DNA of 64,000 bases, from assembly GCA_951406725.2 (NCBI GenBank), contig OX597824.1, positions 33,604,001 to 33,668,000 on the forward strand, written 5' to 3'. A program made the position numbers and the translations under genes. Every line of letters begins with the position of its first letter. Position 1 is the stretch's first letter. The notes beneath the pieces were generated by a model, which was given only the letters and a program-made list of their open reading frames with translations, had not been told where the DNA came from and searched no databases. This document shows positions 40,262 through 50,690 of the stretch, piece after piece. The DNA comes from Octopus vulgaris. Taxonomy: Eukaryota.

Positions 40262-41380
40262 GTTTCTTTATTGGCCACACAGGGCTGTACACAGATGGGG
40301 CATGTTACAAGGTAGAGCCTTTCTTTTAGGAGAGAAAAAAAAAGGTGGCGTAGGTTTTCGATCAAAAGGGATCGTAAAAGGGGAAAAAAAGAAAAAAGAT
40401 AAAAAAAAGGAAAAGAAAAAAAGAAAAAAGGGAAAAGGATAAAAAGAAAAGAAAAATGAAAAAAGAAGAAAAAAGAGGAAAAAAGGGGAAGAGGAAAAGA
40501 AAACGATCAATAGGAATCGTGTATCAGTGTCATGATGTATGGTGTATCGGGGAAAGCAAGTAAGGTTTATCCGTGGGAAGAAAAGCCTACGAAAAAGACC
40601 ACCGTAACCTTAGTCAATATTGTTATATGTTACCACATTTGTTTGCAAGTGGGTAACCCTCGGTTTTCAATTTCTGGGTTCATAGGATTATGCTCAAGGT
40701 GGCTTCGTCATTCATACGTGCCATCCTTGCCACATTCACCCGTCTTTTTTTAAAACGTTCGCTAGACAAAACTTGCCTCTCTACTCTCACTTTCCTTTTC
40801 AAGTGGTACTTGAAGAAGTTGATGAGAGGTTGACCAGAGAGGAAAGTGTTTGTCTCCAATCCTTTCAGACGCGTCCACCAGATACATTCTTTCGCCATAG
40901 CCACAAGGATGATGAAAATAGCTCTTCCTTCCCGTTTGAAGGAAGGAGGCGTGACAATATTGACGATAGACTCAGCTGATAAACCGACTCGTCCCACACG
41001 TGACAGCAGTTGTTCGACATAAGCCCACAGGTCGGAAATTGTTGGACACTGCACGAGTGCGTGCAGAACGGTTTCGTCGCTCTGACCGCATCTCGGGCAG
41101 GTCGGCCCCGTGTTTCTCGAGCCGTGTCTGTAGAGCTTATCCCGAACGGGTAGCGCTTCTCGGTAGCGCTGCCAGGCCAGGGATCTCTGGAAGTTGTCCA
41201 TGGGCCCTGGCCCGAAAGTCGTCCCGAACAGGCGGGTCAGGTATTCCTCGTCGACGTCCAGGTTCGCCCCGAGCTCGTCGTCGTACCTCCCCTCCACTAA
41301 TCCCCTATAGAATGCTTTGGTTGTGATGGAGTCACTCAAGGTTAACCCAGGACGGCAGAGTTGCTTGAGAGCAACGCGAC
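40261..41380 (-). mobile_element. L1/Tx1-clade LINE 3' end embedded in (GATA)n
   Basis: zf-RVT-like C-terminus LAW..EALPV.DKL..CPRCGQSDETVLHALVQCP..LW. The 3'UTR ends AATAAAGAAACT(TATC)n, and GATA arrays lie on both sides. Confidence 0.8.
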
Positions 41381-41417
41381 AGATAGATAGATAGATAAAT
41401 AGACAGACAGGCAGAAA

Positions 41418-41552
<135 letters not shown>

Positions 41553-42332
41553 TTTCAAGATTACGCTTAGGGATAGTGATTCTAATAACCTGCTGTTAGA
41601 TCTGGATATATACATGCTTCAGTGTAAGGCGTTAGGCGAGTACAGAGCGTAAAATGCTTTCCCAAATAAACTTGCACCTCATTTTAGAAACTCCGACGAA
41701 GTTTTAAGGTGACGCACAAACAGGTCTGAATGCTTGTGCATCTCATGCCAGAAACAGCTGTAAGCTAATGAATTTGATTGCGTAATTCCTGTTCCCTTGT
41801 CATTTATTTAATTTCGCATGTTCTCGCCTAACACTACATACATACATACATACATACATACATACATACATACATACATACATACATACATACGTGTGTA
41901 TGGGTGTGTGTGTATGTGTGTGTGCATGAATATGTATATGATGGATATTTATCATATAACTGTGACCCATGATGCAGTCCACAAATCAATGAATCAGATC
42001 ATTAATTTCAAAATCGATGAATATCGAACAGAAGTTGAGAAATATTGAACGGAGTGGCGTTAAAAGTATAACATCACACAACGAATATGTGTGTTGTGCC
42101 TACGCTCCAGACAATGAAGTAGACTAGCCCAATACGTAGATATAGAGGGAGAAGTCTAGACATTGGGAGAAGAGAAGAGTAGACTAGAACAGTGTAGAGT
42201 GGTGTCGAGTTGAGAAGAAGGCATCCGAACGTGCGACATAACAATGTGAAAGATATACCTTCAAATACTCTGAATCTAGGTCTCGAACAATATCAACTTC
42301 TGGAAAATATCAATTTAAAAAGTGTTTTCCAT

Positions 42333-42417
<85 letters not shown>

Positions 42418-42826
42418 TATCTATCTCGCCCCCCCTCTCTCTCTCTCTCTCTCTCTCTTGTTTTAACGAGTAAACTTGTGGTAAGACCGGATGTTTTGAT
42501 GACAAAGATCATGTTACATCATAGTTCATTGATAGCCTGGAAGTAATATAGATTTAAATGCACACACATACACACCCAGATCGTTCTTAACAATAGAACT
42601 CGAGTTAGATGAAATTATAAATAATATAATAGTGCGTGTGTTTCTATATATGGACTCTCCCGTCGAAGGTGGGGTCTGAGCGTTCAGCTTTTGTCGGACG
42701 ACCAACACAAATGATTTGTTGAAAGTGATCAACTGTATGTGCTGCCCTTTAAGCTCACTCTCTCCATCAAATCGACATTGCTTGAACAGGTGCACGGTGT
42801 ACCACACGTCAGGTATCGAAGTGATA

Positions 42827-43056
42827 AGGCGGCGAGCTGGCAGAAACGTTAGCACACCGGGTGAAATGCGTAGCCGTATTTCGTCTGCCGTTACGTTCTC
42901 AGTTCAAATTCCGCCGAGGTCGACTTTGCATTTCATCCTTTCGGGGTCGATAAAATAAGTACCAGTTACGTACTGGGGTCCATATAATCGACTTAATCCG
43001 TTTGTCTGTCCTTGTTTGTCATCTCTGTGTTTAGCCCCTTGTGGGTAGTAAAGAAA
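42827..43056 (+). mobile_element. SINE family A, full length
   Basis: 16-bp TSD CAGGTATCGAAGTGAT at about 42810-42825 and 43057-43072. Confidence 0.9.
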
Positions 43057-43238
43057 CAGGTATCGAAGTGATCGCAGTGCAACGGGAGATGAAGTGTTTT
43101 GCTCAAGAAGAAAACGCGCCATCTGGTCAAGAAATTAAATCCACGATCCTGCGATAGCGAGTGCACCGATACATATATGTATATATAGAGAGACAGACAT
43201 AAATGACACACACAGAGAGACACACACATGTACCGATG

Positions 43239-43273
<35 letters not shown>

Positions 43274-44461
43274 ATTCTCACTCCATCTACACACACACAC
43301 ACACACTCACACACATTCTCACTCCATCTACACACACATGCCAAAACTCATACTCACACATACACACAGCTACCCATTCACACACCTCTCAGACTGCCGT
43401 TCACTCACCCTTGACCACTCCGTCTACGCACACATGCAAACACACGCACACAACCACACCCACCCAGTTTACACACCTTTCACAATAGCTGCTCCCTTAT
43501 GATTGATCTCTCAGAGCGGCATATACACGCACACAAATCCTATCCCCCGCCCCACACACAGAGACGACTCATACAAACACATACACACACACCCACTTAT
43601 TACCCCAAACTCACACGCTACCATACGCGCGCGCGCGCAGTTTCTACCACACGCACACACGCTACCATACATATATACGTTACCCCCACACACATACACA
43701 CACACACACCGACCATCATCAGACTTCTCCTTCCAGAAACCACCATCTCTTTCTCCTTCCACTTCCGGTCACTTCAGAAATGTAACCGCACGTGGACTCT
43801 TGATGATTTTCCTTATTTTTCTTTCTCTTTGGACTTACTTGTTTCCGAGAAAGAGCCATGCTCTAAACGTTAACGACAGCTCTCTCCCTTCACCGAGTAT
43901 CAAATTAATATATTTCTTGTGTACATCCTCACGATCATTTTTTTTTCTCTCTGTATTTTAATTGCTTGTTTATTTGAAGCAATTATATATGTATACACAC
44001 AAACGCATACATATATATATATAAATATATATATATATGGTTCATTGATAGCCTCGAAGTAATATAGATATAAATGCACACACATACACACCCAGATCGT
44101 TCTTAACAATAGAACTCGAGTTAGATGAAATTATAAATAATATAATAGTGTTTGTTTCTATATATGGACTCTCCCGTCGAAGATGGCGTCTGAGCGTTCA
44201 GCTTTTGTCGGACGACCAACACAAATGATTTGTTGAAAGTGATCAACTGCATGTGCTGCCCTTTAAGCTCACTCTCTCCATCAAATCGACATTGCTTGAA
44301 CAGGTGCACGGTGTACCACACGTCAGGTATCGAAGTGATAAGGCGGCGAGCTGGCAGAAACGCTATCACGCCGGGCGAAAATGCGTAGCCATGTTGATTC
44401 GCTAGCTTCTGCACGCATTTTTTTTCTCTTTTTGTTTCTCTCCGTGTTTCTTTTCTGTGTA

Positions 44462-44499
44462 TCTTTCTGTTGAAGAGCGTAGGCTCGAAACGTAAAAGA
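44462..44499 (+). ncRNA. Minimal hammerhead-like motif (CUGUUGA plus extra A)
   Basis: TCTTT-CTGTTGA-A-GAGC/GTAG/GCTC-GAAACG-TA-AAAGA. Confidence 0.45.
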
Positions 44500-44582
44500 C
44501 TTGTTTTATTTATATTCCTGAGCGCCATACTAATACAACTGTTTGTTGGTATTCCACCTGCCTTCGTCTTTTGTTTATTTTC

Positions 44583-44652
<70 letters not shown>

Positions 44653-45236
44653 AAAAGTATAAAACGTTTAATATGAGATAAAAAGTAAAACCACTACGAT
44701 CGTTTCATGCCCGTAACCTAATTCGAATAACAATAATTTAAATTCAATTAATAATTCGAATTATGGTTATAGTCAATCTTCAGGTTAATGATAATAGTTA
44801 AATAAATAATCAAATATATTTAAACAATATTTTTTAAGAAATAAATATTGTTTAAATATATTTGATTATTTAACTATTATCATTAACCTGAAGATTGACT
44901 ATAACCATAATTCGAATTATTAATTGAATTTAAATTATTGTTATCCGAATTAGGTTACGGTCATGAAACGGTCGTAGTGGTTTTACTTTTTACCTTATAT
45001 TAAACTTTTTATACTTTTTGATAGTTATATATATATATATATATATAAATTTATATATATATATAAAATTTATGAATATAAATTAATAATTTAAAATTTT
45101 TAAATCTGAATTTAAATAATTAAAATTTTGAATTTTATATTTGATATATTTGGTATTTTATATTAATTAATTTTATTTCTATGTTTTGGTTTATGTTTTT
45201 CACTGTTTGATTTGCCTAATAGTGGTTTTATCTCTA

Positions 45237-45363
<127 letters not shown>

Positions 45364-46275
45364 TGTATGTATGTATGTATGTATGTACGTATGTATGTAT
45401 GTATGTATAAATTACTAGTGTGAAACCTCTTAACCTTTTCAATAAAATATATAAATATATAATTTTTCATATACATATATACGTATGTATGTAATTCTTT
45501 TTCCACAATTAAACGACTGATTATTGACACGAGCCCCGTAGAAAACTACTAGCGATATTGTTGATCATCCAACTGTTACATAACAGTTGACTGAGGGTGA
45601 CGCTTTGAGACGACAAGTATTCTAGTTGTTCTATCAAGGGAAACATATATTCATTGTATTATTATTATTGTTAACTGCCGTGTATTCCGTGAACACTTAT
45701 AATATCTTTAACATAATTTTCTGACGAAGCCTCACTACAGGTCTGGAGTTCGGAATATATCCCGACTCTTCAATTTTGATGACAATGCCAGTATCGACAC
45801 GAGACTGGTTAACGAATAAATTAGCCAGCATGTGATATTTTGTTATTGCAAAGAGAACTTCATAACAGTTTAATCATTCCCGAATCTGGGTGTGTGTGTG
45901 TGTGAAGCCTAATCGTGCTTGATGAAGGACAACGATCCTGAAACACGTGTCCCTAGATGCAGTTCCGGCAGCCGGGGGTGTTTGTCTCCCCTTCGTAAAT
46001 GTATATAAGGACACAGGGGAAAATGTGTCAAAGCCATCAGGAGGCGTTCGATGCTTCCTAGGGCTATGCAGCGGTGGTGTACCCCCTACTGTCACGTTCT
46101 TGTTAGATTGACAGTATACAACCATTCTATCGCCCCACCACCGTACATGTCTCTACGACAAATTTAGAAATTCAATATTTCTTATTTTGATAATCAGTGA
46201 ATAGACTTCACTGAATATAGATATATACAAATACGAAGTCGAGGCAAATATCACCAGCTGACCGGTGTCTGCTAC

Positions 46276-46320
46276 TCTAGGCCGATGAAGGACAACGATT
46301 CTGAAACACGTGTCCCTAGA
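46276..46320 (+). ncRNA. Minimal type I hammerhead (CCGAUGA core) in a 363-bp tandem repeat
   Basis: Stem I TCTAGG/CCTAGA, stem II AGGA/TTCT, palindromic stem III ACACGTGT and GUC at 46312-46314. A partial upstream copy lies at 45918-45957. Confidence 0.65.
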
Positions 46321-46485
46321 TGCAGTTCCGGCAGCCGGGGGTGTTTGTCTCCCCTTCGTAAATGTATATAAGGACACAGGGAAAAATGTGTCAAAGCCAT
46401 CAGGAGGCGTTCGATGCTTCCTAGGGCTATACAGCGGTGGTGTACCCCCTACTGTCACGCTCTTGTTAGATTGACAATATACAAC

Positions 46486-46542
<57 letters not shown>

Positions 46543-46704
46543 GTAATAATTAAAATATATGCATACATACAAACATATATCTACGTACCTACATCTACAT
46601 GTATATATACATGCATATATAAATAAATATACGTGAGTACAGGACACCACAACAGGACGTAGAAACGGGAAAAACATAAAATTATAACAAGAAAATAAAG
46701 AAAA

Positions 46705-46795
46705 GTCCCCGGTCATCAGCTGTCGCTAGTTAGACTCAAGCGTGTTTCGAAGGCGAGACAGGACACATCGTAAAAACTAGGCCTTCCTGCGAGAG
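46705..46795 (-). ncRNA. Putative non-circularly permuted hammerhead (copy B', inverted twin of copy B)
   Basis: Reverse complement of 46905-46996. Confidence 0.6.
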
Positions 46796-46904
46796 AATTA
46801 AAATAAAATTCCAAGCAGCCGGGTGAAAAACGGTTAAGAACACAAACAGGACGTAATAATGTTCTTAACCGTTTTTCACCCGACTGCTTGGAATTTTATT
46901 TTAA

Positions 46905-46996
46905 TTCTCTCGCAGGAAGGCCTAGTTTTTACGATGTGTCCTGTCTCGCCTTCGAAACACGCTTGAGTCTAACTAGCGACAGCTGATGACCGGGAC
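46905..46996 (+). ncRNA. Putative non-circularly permuted hammerhead ribozyme (copy B; core intact)
   Basis: Helices GAAGGC/GCCTTC, CTAGTT/AACTAG, TGTGT/ACACG and CTGTC/GACAG. GAAA at 46954, CTGATGA at 46983 and GUC at 46938-46940. Confidence 0.62.
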
Positions 46997-47694
46997 TTTT
47001 CCTTATTTTCTTGTTATAATTTTATGTTTTTCCCGTTTCTACATCCTGTACTCACGTATATTTATTTATATATGCATGTATATATACATGTAGATGTAGG
47101 TACGTAGATATATGTTTGTATGTATGCATATATTTTAATTATTACATTATTGTCTGACAGAGCCTCGCGTTGGGTTCGTTTTCGATTCGTCGGTTCGTTC
47201 CATCTCTTGTCCTCCATTTTAATTTATATATATATATATATATACGTTTAAATATTTGTTGTGCAAGATTTTCTATGTGAAGTCGTGTGTTGAAACAGAT
47301 ATTGTTATATTTCGGAATGGTCATTTTGCCAGTTTAGCCAATAAATACAAAATGGCTGACGGTTAGTAAGGAGAGACACAAATAAGAAAGAAGAAAACAA
47401 AGGACCACTGATACGGTCACAGGAGTTTGACGAAAGAACCCTGGCCGAAATAAGATTAAGATTAATGTAAAAAACAAATAACACTGAAGCAAAGTAACAC
47501 CATATATAGTGCGTGTGCTTTTATTGGCTAAACTGGCAAAATGACCATTCCGAAATATAACAATATATATATATATATATATAAAATACAAAATGGGACA
47601 AGAACGCAAAACATCCGGACAACTAGGTGATACAAAAAAGGACAACAAAACATCCAGATAGACGTCACAAAGAAAACAAGGACGAGTCATTCGA

Positions 47695-47788
47695 AGTTTT
47701 CTATCTTCAGTCAAGAACCAGATTATCCTCGCAATTTCGGCTCATTATTCTTCAGATTGCTCCAATCTGGTCAGCCCCAAGAAAAACT
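47695..47788 (-). ncRNA. Putative non-circularly permuted hammerhead ribozyme (copy C)
   Basis: Minus-strand helices TTTTCT/AGAAAA, GGCT/AGCC, CCAGATT/AATCTGG, GCAAT/ATTGC and TGAAGAA/TTCTTGA (one mismatch), with GAAA, CTGAAGA and an AUC site. Confidence 0.6.
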
Positions 47789-48647
47789 AAGCTAAGAGCA
47801 TTAGATTCCTTAGAAGATAGCATCGAATGTATATAAAAGCAAGGATGGGAAAACAGATGTTGCACGGAACACGGTCAGACCCAGAAGAAAGAAAGAGCGA
47901 ACAGTCTGGCCGATCGGTCACGTGAGAAGAGAAGAGAAAGAAGTATAAGCAGATGGACAGAAGAATTAAAGAGGGTCGAGAAAAAATGACAGGGACATAG
48001 TGAAGTGAAAGTGGATGGAAAGTGAGTAACAAGAGAAGACAAAGGAATGTGAGAGAGGGGGAACGAAAGAATGAAGAGTGGAATGGACGAATAAGCGTGA
48101 AAGGGTTGATAGAAATATATATATATATATATATATATATAAAGGAAATGAAGAAAATGCTGACAAAATAATTTAAGTAAGGGAGAGTGTATATAATTAG
48201 GTGAAAGCAAATCTTAAACAACTCTGGAGCCTCTTTTTTCACATATAAGAGACAGCAAACCCAACATAAAGTCAGATAAGAGAAAAAAATCAATCAGAAA
48301 GGAACTCTATCTCACTCAAAATATCTTTTGACAAGCATAACAAATGCGCAACCGGTAAACTCCTACTTTTTTTATTCTACACTGAAATCTGACATTGAAC
48401 TTTTCCACAAAAAACTGTATATTACACGCTTTTACTAAATATTTTATTCTGAAACAGAACACTGTAAAAGACTCTTACTTTTTTCTTATACACTGAAATC
48501 ATTCACAAAAAATGAACATTGTATTCTAACCCAATTTTTGTCTTTTTTTTTGTTTAAATACACTCTCCCTTACTTAAATTATTTTGTCAGCATTTTCTTC
48601 ATTTCCTTTTTTTATATATCACAACTTGTGTTCCACATCTCTTTTTC

Positions 48648-48728
<81 letters not shown>

Positions 48729-49349
48729 ATAAAACGGTAAGATAACAAAAGAAAGAAAGAGACCTCAATATTATGTAAATAGAGGAAATTTATCTATACT
48801 ATATGTTACATTACTCGGTAGTCAAGATAAAACTCTGAGTTTCAGATGCCGAAGTGGGAATCCACAACACCATCTCTTCGGTTATCTGGCTATTTGAAAA
48901 CGTTATGAAAAAATACCGTTAAATGAAGGGAAATTACTCTGTTATAACTCTGCTTGCCTGCGTACTTATACATCGCTCGCATTTTTCGTCATAAAAATTA
49001 TATAAAAATACATAAAAAATATATTAAAAATATATAAAAATATATAAATTCTTCTTGGGACATAACATAGAAAGCATGTTCTATCTGTTTTCTTTAGGGG
49101 ACCAAAAACGTAACAGAAATTTAGTCACATGTGGGCATGATCCGAAAAGCTCTGTCCTTGTATTTAGACATGTAGTAGGGTCTAAGAATTTATATATTTT
49201 TATATATTTTTTATATATTTTTTATGTATTTTTATATAATTTTTATGACGAAAAATGCGAGCGATGTATAAGTACGCAGGCAAGCAGAGTTATAACAGAG
49301 TAATTTCCCTTCATTTAACGGTATTTTTTCATAACGTTTTCAAATAGCC

Positions 49350-49412
49350 AGATAACCGAAGATATGGTGTTGTGGATTCCCACTTCGGCATCTGAAACTC
49401 AGAGTTTTATCT
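49350..49412 (+). ncRNA. Type I hammerhead-like motif (CCGAAGA core); inverted twin at 48825-48887
   Basis: AGATAA-CCGAAGA-stem II-GAAACTC-A-GAGTT-TTATCT, within the inverted repeat 48794-49054 / 49183-49437. Confidence 0.55.
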
Positions 49413-49434
49413 TGACTACCGAGTAATGTAACAT

Positions 49435-49530
<96 letters not shown>

Positions 49531-49532
<2 letters not shown>

Positions 49533-49676
49533 GGCGCAGGAGTAGCTGTGTGGTAAGTAGCTCGTTTACCAACCACATGGTTCCGGGTTCAGTCCCACTG
49601 CGTGGCTCCTTGGGCAAGTGTCTTCTACTAAGCCTTGTGAGTGGATTTGGTAGACGGAAACTGAAAGAAGCCCGTC

Positions 49677-49711
<35 letters not shown>

Positions 49712-49929
49712 TGTGTGTGTGTTTGTCCCCCTAGCATTGCTTGACAACCGATACTGGTGTGTTTATGTCCCCGTTACTTAGCGGTTCGGCAAAATAGACC
49801 GATAGAATAAGTACTGGGCTTACTTATACATACTTAAGAATAAGTCGCGGGGTCGAGTTGCTCGATTAAATGCGGTGCTCCAGCATGGCCGCAGTCAAAT
49901 GACTGAAACAAGTAAAAGAGTAAAAGAGT
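49531..49929 (+). mobile_element. SINE family B, full length
   Basis: Head TAGGCGCAGGAGTAGCTGTGTGG and tail AGTAAAAGAGTAAAAGAG. Confidence 0.9.
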
Positions 49930-50514
49930 ATACACACATATCAATGGGCTTCTTTCAGTTTCAGTCTACCACATTCACTCACAAGACTTTGGTCTGCCCA
50001 AGGCAATAGTAGAAGATACTTGACGAAAGTGCCAAGCAGTGGGTCTGAACCCAGAACCATGTGTTTTAGATGCAAATGGACTTTGTTCTTCAAACACGGA
50101 AAGGTTGTTTAGTCATCGTCAATGAGTTGGATTACAATTTCTCAAAATAGATTACAAGTAACGTTCACAATGAAATAAATAGATAAATAAATAGTTATTG
50201 AGAAAGAAGAGACGTTTTCTGAGTCACGACAGATTGATAATGACGCAATTATCAAATAAATGAAATTCCAGGTGTACTATATCATATGACTGTATTTACA
50301 TCCTGCTTAAGATTCTATATATAGGTAAATAACTGATACAGTTTGTCCATTACCACAGGAGAAACCAAACCTACAGCATCTGACGGTTACAACAAAGATT
50401 CAAAGATTCACAACTGAAAAGGTCCCTTTTTACGGTAACGTTAAAATCCTCTTCTTTAAAATCTAGCTTCTGTTACAATTTCAATGGAGAAATGGAAATG
50501 GACTTGTTATATTA

Positions 50515-50557
<43 letters not shown>

Positions 50558-50650
50558 ATTCAAACATGAAAACACAAAGAGAAAACATAACAACGCGAGG
50601 ACTTGGTACAAGTATAGTGTTATTGGACGCTCACGAAAGGAAAGAAAGGA

Positions 50651-50690
50651 GGATTGAACGTTTCGAGCGGAGCTCTTCATCAGAAAAAAG
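50651..50690 (-). ncRNA. Minimal hammerhead-like core
   Basis: CTGATGA-A-GAGC/TCC/GCTC-GAAACGTT. Stem I is poor. Confidence 0.4.

Noticed and set aside
45715-45775. CTGACGA followed by a hairpin
   Set aside because: No properly placed GAAA or stem III was found.
46949-46994. Reading copy B as an ordinary type II hammerhead (cleavage at GUC 46967-46969)
   Set aside because: Stems I and II do not pair in that register, and copies A and C do not support it. The permuted pairing fits all three.
47525-47565. Hammerhead-like GAAATATA segment in a small inverted repeat (47297-47345 / 47520-47565)
   Set aside because: The core reads CTGGCAA and the stems are weak, so it is too degenerate to call.
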